Below are positions 30,825 through 40,332 of a DNA stretch of 64,000 nucleotides, piece after piece. This stretch comes from an uncultured Planctomycetota bacterium (GTDB lineage Bacteria > Planctomycetota > Planctomycetia > Isosphaerales > Isosphaeraceae), in contig CAWGMQ010000004.1 of assembly GCA_963823665.1 (NCBI GenBank), positions 2,560,001 to 2,624,000 on the forward strand, written 5' to 3'. The notes beneath the pieces were generated by a model. It saw only the letters and a program-made list of their open reading frames with translations. It searched no databases and was not told the DNA's origin. Numbering within the stretch: position 1 is the stretch's first letter; the number at the start of each line of letters is the position of its first letter. A program made the position numbers and the translations under genes.

Positions 30825-31520
30825 ATGATGTCCGTTACCGAGACCCTGAAGCCACCGCCAACGCACCTGCTCGACGGCGTTCCGCCCGACAAGCGCGTCG
30901 TCATCATCGACGTCACCTGGGACGACTATGAAAGCCTGGTCGAGCAAATCGGTGAGAGCAGAAACTGCCGCGTCGCCTTTGACGGTAAGGACATCGAGAT
31001 GATGACTCTGGGGCCGTTCCACGAACGGCAGAAGTCGCTTCTTGACTGGTTCATCATGATCGTCGCCAGCGAACTGAAGATCGAGCGCCAGCCGATGGGC
31101 TCAACGACCTGGAAGCGGAAGAAGCTCAAGCGTGCGATCGAGTCCGACGTCTGTTACTACTTCGATCCCGCCAAGCTGGCCGCAGCCGCAACCGCGGCAC
31201 ACTCGGATGACGTCGACCTTTATCCGAACCCCGACCTCGCCGCCGAGGTTGATATCTCAACGCCCAGGATCGATCGGCCGGGAATCTACGCCGCGCTGCA
31301 AGTGCCGGAATTCTGGCGCATACGCAATAAGGCAGTGTCGATTGAACAGCTCGGTCCCGATGGGACGTATCACGCAGTTCCGCGCAGCCGTTTCTTACCC
31401 GTGCGGCCCGAGGATGTCACCCGGTGGGTGTTCAGCGAGGATTCGAGCAGCCTGGTCGCGTGGGAAGAACGCCTGCGCCAATGGGTACGGGACGAGGTCG
31501 TTCCCAAGGCGGGCGCGTAG
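30825..31520 (+). CDS. Uma2-family (PD-(D/E)XK) putative endonuclease
   Basis: VTWDDYESL, ESDVCYY, PDLAAEVDIS, YAALQVPEFW. Confidence 0.85.
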   Translation: MMSVTETLKPPPTHLLDGVPPDKRVVIIDVTWDDYESLVEQIGESRNCRVAFDGKDIEMMTLGPFHERQKSLLDWFIMIVASELKIERQPMGSTTWKRKKLKRAIESDVCYYFDPAKLAAAATAAHSDDVDLYPNPDLAAEVDISTPRIDRPGIYAALQVPEFWRIRNKAVSIEQLGPDGTYHAVPRSRFLPVRPEDVTRWVFSEDSSSLVAWEERLRQWVRDEVVPKAGA

Positions 31521-31619
31521 GGCTTACCGCCTGGAGCTCTCTCTGGGTCGGCAGCGTGCTCGAATGTCTACAGGCTCTATCAGCGGCACCGAACCAGAAA
31601 GGACTGGCCACGAGCGAAG

Positions 31620-31686
31620 TACCGGCGGTGGGGATCGAACCCACACGGTGTTACCCCCAGAGGATTTTAAGTCCTCGTTGTCTGCC
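31620..31686 (-). repeat. tRNA-Leu(UAA) 3' fragment C (attR-like)
   Basis: GAGGACTTAAAATCCTCTGGGGGTAACACCGTGTGGGTTCGATCCCCACCGCCGGTA. Confidence 0.85.
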
Positions 31687-31803
31687 ACACATCTGGCATT
31701 GGCGATACGATGGAGTAGCGTTGGAATTCATCGCTGGAAAAATAGTTACGCCTTCGTCCGTCCAAAGTCACATTGAAGCCGCGTTGGGCTCGCGTGGCCA
31801 ACG

Positions 31804-31835
31804 TTGTTGCCAAATTGTTGCCAAATTGTTGCCAA
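31804..31835 (+). repeat. Three tandem TTGTTGCCAAA repeats (integrase arm-type sites)
   Basis: Same repeat occurs twice at 35505-35526, at the same distance (184/185 bp) from the tRNA fragment 3' end. Confidence 0.7.
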
Positions 31836-32273
31836 CCCGACCTCCTGACAACCCCTCGGTCGTGGCACCTGCCACGCGATGCGGGCGACGACGCAGGAAG
31901 GTAGCTATGGAGTCCGCCGAACTTCAAACCGGGCAACATCATCGTGGGCAAGTTGGGCGAGACGTTGGCGGTCGACTGATGACTGGCCAAGCCGCTGGGG
32001 CGAATCATCACTGTCCGGGGCGAACGAGGTCGGCATTGACGCGGCTTCTCGAGCTGCAGGGCGCGCGCAGGTCATACCGATGGGATCCGTGGCACAAGGC
32101 GTTACAGTCTATGTTTGCAGGGCTGTGACCCGTATACTTTAGGGGTCGAATCGGCAGGGCCTTGATCAACTCCGGCTGTGGTCTCTGGGCCTCGGCGACT
32201 GGCTGTGGGTGAACACGGTCCCCGCGAAGGAACGAGCTGATCCGGCCCTGCGATCGCCCCGATTTCCAGGGCA

Positions 32274-32301
32274 ATGTCACGATCGCGCTGGAAACGGACA
32301 T
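32274..32301. promoter_or_regulatory. ATGTC-N18-GACAT inverted repeat upstream of kinase-WD40 gene 2
   Basis: Conserved, with the same spacer length, at 44241-44268 upstream of kinase-WD40 gene 1. Confidence 0.55.
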
Positions 32302-32398
32302 CTCCCTGGAACGAGACCGTGAGCATCCGTGTCCGGGCCGGCCACGTGGACGGGCGGCTCTGGGGCAAGCGGCCGACGCGACTTGGTCCAAGGAGCCA

Positions 32399-34522
32399 AT
32401 GACGATGAGCGAAGGACCCAGCCACAATGTCGCTGGCCTGGACATCGACTTGGCCCGTCAGATCGACGTCATATGCCGGCGGTTCGAGGCCGACTGGCGG
32501 GACGGGCGGCAACCGCGGCTTGAGGACTATCTGGACGACGTGCCTAAAGACGTTCGCCCCTTGCTCCGGGCCGAGCTGGCGGCCCTGGAGCGCGAGCTGG
32601 GCCAGTTGGCGGAGCCCATCCCGGGCCCGAGGGCCGGACCGACCACCCATCCCGAGCCCCCGGCCGCATCACCAGCCATCGCCGACGCGCCAACCGTAGC
32701 TCCCGAGGCTGTGGGTACTTCGCCCCTCCCCGGTGTCGCGACGGCCGCCATTCACGAGGACGCCACCTTACCGCCGCGCCGTGACGGCGCGGTCGACCCG
32801 GCCGGATCCCCCCACGACCTGCCCACCGCTGTCGGGCCCGACCAGACCGCGGCCACGGCATCCAGTCCGTCCGAACCCACCCACATCCGCTATTTCGGCG
32901 ACTATGAGATCATCCGCGAGCTGGCCCGCGGCGGCATGGGCGTCGTGTTCGAGGCCCGGCAGATGAGCCTCAACCGCAAGGTTGCGCTCAAGATGATCCT
33001 CGCCGGCCAGCTTGCTCATGAGACTGACGTCAAGCGCTTCTACACCGAGGCCGAAGCGGCGGCCAATCTCGATCACCCGGGGATCGTCCCGATCTTTGAG
33101 GTCGGCCAGCACGACGATCAACACTACTTCTCGATGGGCTTCGTCGAGGGCCAGAGCCTGGCTCAGCGGTTGACCGAGGGGCCGCTGCCGCCCCGCGAGG
33201 CGGCTGCGCTGATGGCCGCCGTGGCCGAAGCGATCGACTATGCCCATCAGTGCGGCGTGATTCACCGCGACCTCAAGCCGGGCAACATCCTGCTGGACCA
33301 GAAAGGCAACCCGCGGGTCACCGACTTTGGGCTGGCGAAGAAGATTGAGCGGGACAGTGGTCTGACCGGCTCGGGCCAGATCATGGGCACGCCCAGCTAC
33401 ATGCCGCCGGAGCAGGCCGAGGGCCAGCGGGGAGCCGTCGGGCCAGCGGCCGATGTGTATGCCCTGGGAGCGACGCTGTACGCTCTGATCACAGGCCGGC
33501 CGCCCTTCCAGGCGGCCACCGCGATGGACACCGTGCTCCAGGTCTTGAGCGACGAACCCGTCCCACCGCGGCGGCTGAATGGGTCGATTCCGGGCGACCT
33601 GGAGACGATCTGTCTGAAATGCCTGGAGAAGGAACCGGGCCGACGCTACGCCAGCGCCGCGGCCCTGGCAGCCGACCTGCGCCGCTTCCTGGCCGGGGAG
33701 CCGATCGCGGCACGGCCGATTACGCGGCTGGAGCGCGTGGCCAAGTGGGCGAGGCGGAAGCCGACGCTGGCCGCCGCTTATACGCTCGCGCTGCTGGCAG
33801 TGCTGCTGGGCGGGCTCGGGGGTACGGCCGTGTGGCAGTGGCGGGAGGCTGAGTGGCAGCGGGAGAGATTCGAGCGGTTCGACTATGGGCGGACCATCCA
33901 GGTGGCCCACCAGGAGTGGCGGGAGAACAACGTCCCCGCCACCCTGGCCTTGCTCGAGAGCACCCGTGCCGACCTTCGTGGCTGGGAGTGGCGATACGTC
34001 CATCGACTCTGCCATTCGGAACTGGTCACCCTCAAGGGGCACACCGGTCCCGTCAGTTCGGCGTCGTTCAGCCCGGACGGCTCGCGGGTCGTGACCGCGA
34101 GTGGTGACCAGACGGCGAAGGTGTGGGACGCGCAGAGTGGTGCCGAGGTCCTCACACTCAAGGGGCACATCGGCTATGTCAGTTCGGCGTCGTTCAGCCC
34201 GGACGGCTCGCGGATCGTGACCGGGAGTTACGACAACACGGCAAAGGTGTGGGACGCGAAAAGTGGTGCCCAGGTCCTCACCTTCAAGGGGCACACCGGT
34301 CTCGTCTGGTCGGCGTCGTTCAGCCCCGACGGGTCGCGGATCGTGACCGGCGGGGACAGCACGGCGAAGGTGTGGGACCCGAAAAGTGGTGCCGAGGTCC
34401 TCACTCTCAAGGGGCATACCGGTTACGTCTTTTCGGCGTCGTTCAGCCCGGACGGCTCGAGGATCGTGACCGGGGGTCTCGACGGGACGGCGAAGGTCTG
34501 GGATGCGGGGCCAGTGGAGTAA
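32399..34522 (+). CDS. Ser/Thr protein kinase with TM and 4 WD40 repeats
   Basis: RGGMGVV, VALK, HRDLKPGN, DFG, YMPPE; repeats LKGHxGxVxSASFSPDGSRIVT. Confidence 0.95.
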   Translation: MTMSEGPSHNVAGLDIDLARQIDVICRRFEADWRDGRQPRLEDYLDDVPKDVRPLLRAELAALERELGQLAEPIPGPRAGPTTHPEPPAASPAIADAPTVAPEAVGTSPLPGVATAAIHEDATLPPRRDGAVDPAGSPHDLPTAVGPDQTAATASSPSEPTHIRYFGDYEIIRELARGGMGVVFEARQMSLNRKVALKMILAGQLAHETDVKRFYTEAEAAANLDHPGIVPIFEVGQHDDQHYFSMGFVEGQSLAQRLTEGPLPPREAAALMAAVAEAIDYAHQCGVIHRDLKPGNILLDQKGNPRVTDFGLAKKIERDSGLTGSGQIMGTPSYMPPEQAEGQRGAVGPAADVYALGATLYALITGRPPFQAATAMDTVLQVLSDEPVPPRRLNGSIPGDLETICLKCLEKEPGRRYASAAALAADLRRFLAGEPIAARPITRLERVAKWARRKPTLAAAYTLALLAVLLGGLGGTAVWQWREAEWQRERFERFDYGRTIQVAHQEWRENNVPATLALLESTRADLRGWEWRYVHRLCHSELVTLKGHTGPVSSASFSPDGSRVVTASGDQTAKVWDAQSGAEVLTLKGHIGYVSSASFSPDGSRIVTGSYDNTAKVWDAKSGAQVLTFKGHTGLVWSASFSPDGSRIVTGGDSTAKVWDPKSGAEVLTLKGHTGYVFSASFSPDGSRIVTGGLDGTAKVWDAGPVE

Positions 34523-34531
34523 ACGCTGCCG

Positions 34532-35131
34532 GTGAGGCAAGGCGAGACGAAGATCGACCGGCAGAGCCAGAGTGCCATTAGTACCCGGCCCTTAAGGAAT
34601 TTGGGCTTTGAGGACGGGCTCAAGGGCTGGGAAACCGACGTCTACGCTGCTCGCCCGACGATCGACTTCGACCCGAGCGTTCTCAGGAAGGGCCGGCACT
34701 CGCTTCGCGTACCGGCTAGCCAGCTCGCACACACCGCATTCGGTCAGGAGGTCATGCTCAAGCCGGGGTATTCCTACCGTCTCGCTAGCTGGGCCCGGAC
34801 GCGGGGACTCCAGCCCCACGGCTCGCCAGTCTACGGGACGTTTCAGATTCAACACACGAAAGGGCATCACCTCTACCGTGCGCGACGAGCGCACTCCCTG
34901 ACCGCCAACGGGACCAATCACGGAGGAGACACCGAGTGGACCGAAGTTACGATCACGCTCAAGGAGCCCGCCACCGGATGGGCGCGCATCGTCACGTTCT
35001 TCATCGGTTTTTGCAAAGGCACCGGCACCGCCCGCTTCGATGATCTGAAACGGGCTCCTGCGCCAAGGCGGCATGGGGATGGTCTCGGGTTCCGGGGACA
35101 CCATAGGGGTTTCCGCGGACACCATTCGTAA
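34532..35131 (+). CDS. Carbohydrate-binding (CBM4/9-like) domain fragment
   Basis: RNLGFEDGLKGW...LKPGYSYRLASWART...WTEVTI...ARFDDL; no clear start or signal peptide. Confidence 0.5.
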   Translation: MRQGETKIDRQSQSAISTRPLRNLGFEDGLKGWETDVYAARPTIDFDPSVLRKGRHSLRVPASQLAHTAFGQEVMLKPGYSYRLASWARTRGLQPHGSPVYGTFQIQHTKGHHLYRARRAHSLTANGTNHGGDTEWTEVTITLKEPATGWARIVTFFIGFCKGTGTARFDDLKRAPAPRRHGDGLGFRGHHRGFRGHHS

Positions 35132-35217
35132 CTCGATCGGGACAACGGATTGGTTCCGGGGCACCGTACGTAACTCGATCGGGAAATCGGATTCCCGGGG
35201 GGCACCATACGTAATTC
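35090..35217 (+). repeat. Four degenerate tandem copies of TTCCGGGG(A)CACCATACGTAA
   Basis: Copies start at about 35090, 35111, 35154 and 35192. Confidence 0.75.
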
Positions 35218-35319
35218 CACTCAAAGTCAACGAAATGGCCAATGCCACCCCAATGCGACATCGGGCGTGCTACCAAGTCCGTTCAGCAAGTACCCCTCCA
35301 ATATTCGTCGTAAGTCCAG

Positions 35320-35386
35320 TACCGGCGGTGGGAATCGAACCCACACGGGGTTACCCCCAGAGGATTTTAAGTCCTCAGCGACTGCC
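35320..35386 (-). repeat. tRNA-Leu(UAA) 3' fragment B (attP-like junction, arm repeats on both sides)
   Basis: GGCAGTCGCTGAGGACTTAAAATCCTCTGGGGGTAACCCCGTGTGGGTTCGATTCCCACCGCCGGTA; CCAATGCNAC x2 at 35239/35250; TTGTTGCCAAA x2 at 35505. Confidence 0.85.
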
Positions 35387-35807
35387 ACGTGTGTGACGTT
35401 GGCGACACGTTGGAGTGACGCCGAAATCGCTTGTGCGATCAGGTTTTGCGTCAAGTGGCCATCCGGCGTGATGTCCGCAACACGTTGGCCTGACATGGCC
35501 AATGTTGTTGCCAAATTGTTGCCAAATCAGATCGCTACATATCCTTTTAACGCGCGGATTGGCTACAGACAAAATGCTTCCGCGTCGGACCGAAGCGCGC
35601 AGCGAGTAAAGCTGACTCGTGGGACCGAATCGGTCTAACGCCGATCCATTTATGCGCGCTTATCCAAACTCAGTAATCCGGCGAGAGGTAGGCCGGGGTC
35701 CGTGTCGCGCCCGCGTGCTCGCGGGCGTCGCCTGGCCGGGTCGGCGGCCCGCAGGACCGACACCCTTGCCAGAGCCCAGCGTTGGCAGCCCCAACCGAGT
35801 CGGATGA

Positions 35808-38800
35808 CTACGCTGTCTCGTCCCGTTGAATCCCGGTACGTGCGAACTCGGACCTGGTCAATTTGGGCGCACGGATGGTCCTGGACTGGAAGTCGGGATC
35901 GCCGCTGTAGACAATCGTCAGCGGCTTGTTCAGCACCCGGTTCGGATTGAATCTCAACGCGGCCTCGCCGCCACTCAACTCCGCGGTCCCGAGCGTCTTC
36001 ACCTGGGTCTTCTTGCCGTGCTTCCTGACCAGCTCGAACGCCACCTGGCCGCTCGGCACGCTCCCGCCGGGGGCCATAGGCTTGATCTCAGCGGTCAGCT
36101 CGATCCCCTTCAGCTTCTTCTTCCCGTTCACGATCGGGTGCGCCACCAGCACGATCGCCGTGGTCGCCTGGCTGACCGTCTCGGTGGTCGTGCTCGACGA
36201 CGTGTCCGCGAAGTCCGCCGCGCCATTGTACCTGGCGGTGATCGCATGCGAACCCGGGGCCAGGCTGGTGACGCTCAGCATGGCCTGGCCGGAACCGTTG
36301 AGCGCGACGGTGACCAGCGCAGTAGCCCCGTCGAAGAACGTGACCGTCCCGCCGGGTGTCCCGGCAGACGAGACTCACCGTCGCGACGAAGCTAACGGCC
36401 TGCTCGTACACGGGTGAGCTGCTCGAAGATTCCAGCTTGATCATCCCGGCGGCCGGCGCGATCACGAAGGAGCGAGGCTGCGACTGAGCTGGGGTGTAAT
36501 CAGCGCTGCCGGGGAACAGAGCCACGGCGGTGTACATCCCGGCGGCGGAAGGCGCCGTCGAGCCCAGGACCGTGCCCGAGGTGCTCGTTCCGGCGTAATA
36601 CGTCAGGGTCGGCGTGACACCTTCCAGGCTCCCGGCCGCCGTGCCGCTGGCGCCGGTCACCGTCGCCCGGGCCGCGATCGGCGAGCGGGTGTAGGCCCCG
36701 CCTGGAGCGCTGATGCTCAAGGTAGGCGCTGCCTGCGTGATGCTCAGGGAACTGCCGGCGAACTGGATGGTGTAATTGCTGTTGGCCGTCAGAGTTCCCG
36801 GGGTGATCGCATAGGGACTGCCTGAGACCGTCTCGCCGGCCGCCCGCGCGAGATGTCCAGTGAGGATCGTCGTCGCCGTGTCGTCGATCGTCACGCCGTC
36901 AACCGTCGTGTTGATGAAGCCGGTCGCCGTGTAGCCGAGCGCTGGGTCGGCGGTACCGTACACCTTGGTTTGAGGATTGGCGGTAACCGCCAAGGCGGCG
37001 GGTGTGATGGTCAAGGTAGCGCCAGTGAACCCGATCGTGTAGTTGCTGTCGGCCGCGAGCGTCCCCTGGCTGATCGCGTAGCCGCCGGCGTGTTCGCCGG
37101 CCTGGGTGCCCGCGTCCGCACGGGCGAGCGCACCGGTCAGGACCGTCGCGGCGGTGTCAGAGAACTCGAAGCCGCTGACGGTGTATGCCAGCGCCGGGTC
37201 GGCGGTGCCGTAGACCTTGGTCTGGGGGCCGGCCGTAATGGTGAGGGTCGCTGGCGTGATCGTCAGGCTGCTCGACTTGCCGCCCACGGTGAAAGTCCCG
37301 TCGCTGGCGTAAGCATAGGTGACTTCGTAGGGCGAGCCGGTGGCGCTCAGGCGGTCGGCATTGAAGGTGGTGGAGAAGGCGCCACCGGATCCGACGGTGG
37401 CCGACTGCTCCACGCCGCCCAAGGTCACGGCGACGGTCTCGCCCACCGGGGCTTGCGAGCCGCTGGCGAGCGCACCGGAAACGGTCACGCTGGGGGCGCC
37501 GTACGTGATGCTCCGATTGCTGATTCCGGAGAAGGTCAGAAGGATGAGTGGGGAACCCTGGGTCTGGAAGGCGCCGATGTCGGGGAGTGAGTCGAGGGGA
37601 AGGCCGCGCTGGTCGGTCGTCAGGCCGGCGACGGCCGTGCCGGCACCAATGGCGTGGCTGCCGGAGAGCAGGCCCATGGTCTGGGTCGGCCCGCCGTTTT
37701 CGGCCAACGGTCCGAGGTCGAGGTCGTCGAGGCTGGTCAGGGCGATGTTGCCGTCGGTGCCCCCGGCGATCCCCCCCGAGCCGCCGATGCCGATCAGGTC
37801 ATACGTGCCGGTCACTTTGCCGGCGACGTCGGCGGCGCCCTGGCCGCCGGTGTTGCCGGCGACGATCGTATCGGTCAGGGTCGTGGAGGAGTACGCCTCG
37901 CCATACAAGCCGCCGCCGGCGTTGGCCGAGTTGCCGCTGATCGTGCAGGCGGTCAGGGTCGCCGTACCGCCAGCGTGCCCGTAATAACCGATGTAGCCGT
38001 TGTTGTTAAGCCCGCCGCCGCCGGCGGCGGTGTTGCCGCTGATCGTGCAGCCGGTGAGCGCGATGGCCCCCGTGATGCCGTTGTACACCCCGCCACCGAG
38101 GACGGCGGCCTCGTTGCCGCTGAACGTGCAGTCGTCGAGCGTGGCCGTGCCGCCGTTGCAGATCCCTCCCCCATTGGCGGCCACGTCGGCGCGGGGCGGG
38201 CGCTCGCTGATCGACATCGTCGCCGCGTTAAACATTCCCGCATTGGTGGCGGTGTTGCCGCTCACCGTGCAATCGCTGAGCGTCATCGTCGCGCCGTAAG
38301 CATTGTACACCCCACCACCGTAGTTGGCGGCGGAGTCGTCGCTGAGCGTGCAGCCATCAAGCGTGGCCGTGCCGGCGTTGAACACGCCACCCCCAGACAT
38401 GGCGCTGTCACCGCTGATCGTACAGCCGGTGAGCGTGACGGTGCCGGCGTTGTACAGCCCGCCGCCGTAGTAGGACGCCGAGCCATTCACGAGCGTGAGG
38501 CCCGAGATCGTCGCCGTGACACCCGTGTCCACCGCCAGGTCGGTGAAGGCGCGCGCGCCCCGGATCGTCAGCGACCCGGCGCCGGGCCCGTCGATCGACT
38601 CCGGGCCGACCGTCTCCGAGAGCGTCAAGGTTGACCCCAGCGTGATCGTCTGCGGCGTCGAGAAGATCGAAGGATCGAACTGGATCGTGATCCCGCCGGT
38701 GCTCGTATCGGCGTCGGCGTCGGCGAGGTAAATGACGTAGGGGAGCGTGCCCGAGGTCCCCGCGCCGGCCAGCCCGCCGCCGGCCGAGTCGACGGTGTAG

Positions 38801-40332
38801 GTTGTAACCGGGCTCGAGGCCAGGTTGGTCAGGTTGAACGTGGCCGATGGGCTTGGCCCGACCGTCGCGTTGACGGTGTACGAGCCGGCGATCGAGTTGT
38901 CGGCGGCGAGGACCGAGGCCGAGTCGTCAGCACCAATGGCCGCCGCGTTGGTGCTCACGCGCGCCGAGGCGCCCGAGGACGGGGCGGCGAAGTCCACGAC
39001 GCCGCCGGCGACCGGCTCCACAGGGTTATCGGCCGTGACCACGACGGCCAGCGGGTCGGCAAACGCGATCCCGTCGGTGGTTTGTTGCGGGGTGCTGCCG
39101 TCGGCCGGCGTGATCGTGAAGCCCTGACTCTGAAAGGCGCCGATATCGGGGGCCGAGTCGAGCGGCTCGCCGCGCTCGTCGGAAGCAACGCCGGCGACAG
39201 CGGTCCCGGCGCCCAGCGCGGGGCTGCCGGGGAGCACGGCGATCGTCTGGGTGGCGCCGCCGTAATCGCCCAGGGGAGCGAGGCCCACGAAGGTGGGGCC
39301 GTTCACGAAGATGTTGCCGTCACTGCCGCCGGCTAGCCCCGCCGCCCCACCGGAGCCGATCAGGTTGTTGGTGCCGGTCACGGTGCCCGAAACTTCGCTG
39401 GGGGAGACGCCGTTGCTGAGGGTGTTACCGACGACGATCGTATCGATCAGCGTCGTCGGTTTGCCCGGCTCGCCAGAGAGGCCGCCGCCGCCGTCACCGG
39501 TCGTGTTGCCGCTGATCGTGCAGGCGGTCAGCGTCGCCGTACCGCTGGTGTAGATCCCGCCTCCGTTGCTGTCGCATTTGTTGCCGCTGACAGTGCAGTC
39601 GGTCATCATCAGCGTCGCTTGCTGGCTGTTATACACCCCGCCGCCGTTGTAGCCCGAATTGCCGACGAGAGTGCACCCATCGAGCGTGGCCGTACCCGCA
39701 TTGCATACGCCGCCGCCAGAGCTGGAGGTGTTGCCGCTGATCGTGCAGCCGGTGAGGGTGACCGTGCCGGAGTTGTCCAGCCCGCCGCCGCCCCCCACGA
39801 TCGTCCCGCCGGAGATCGACCCGCCGGAGGACATCCCGCCGGAGATCGTCATGCCGGAGATCGTCGCCGCGACGCCGGCGGCCACGTCCAGGTCAGTGAC
39901 GGCGCCCCCGCCGCTGAGCGTCAACAGGCCGGCGCCGGGACCGGCGATCGACTCCGGGCCGGCCGTCTCCGACAGCGTCAGCGTCGCGCCCAGGGTGATC
40001 GTCCGCCGCGACGTGAAGACCGAAGGGGCGAATTCGATCTCGCTGCCGCCGGTGTTGGTATTGACGTTGGCCTGCGCGACGACGTACGGGAGTGTGCCCG
40101 ACGTGCCCGAGCCCGAAGCGCCGCTGCCCGTGGAATCAACCGTGAAGATCGTTGGCGAGAGCAGTACTCGCGGTTCCAGCGACTCGAGCGCGGGCTGACG
40201 CGTCGCCGCCCGTCGTCTCGGCCCGGCCGCTGCCCCCGCGGCCCGTTGGATGAAGATCGCCTTCGCGTTGTTTCCGGGTCGGTCCACGATCCACCTCAAT
40301 TTCTTGGGTTCAACTCGGCCCCCGCCCATCAA
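35808..40332 (-). CDS. Large surface/adhesin-like protein (beta-helix GGG repeats, choice-of-anchor-Q-like, MBG and Ig-like domains; frameshift near 36370)
   Basis: LESLEPRVLLS; repeated GGG(V/L/I)xNxGT..LxxCTISGN; two GG.TQT..L.GS.A.GAG...D.RG..PDIGAFQ blocks; KVYGTADPAL x2; ORF 35808..36281 supplies the C-terminus. Confidence 0.85.

Larger units (their letters stand above)
31687..35319. mobile_element. Integrase-less cassette 2 between tRNA-Leu fragments C and B
   Basis: Bounded by tRNA fragments with arm repeats at both inner ends; carries a kinase-WD40 gene. Confidence 0.55.

Noticed and set aside
35090..35217. Mini CRISPR array
   Set aside because: Period is irregular (about 21-43 bp), repeats are degenerate, intervening sequence is too short for spacers, and no cas genes are present
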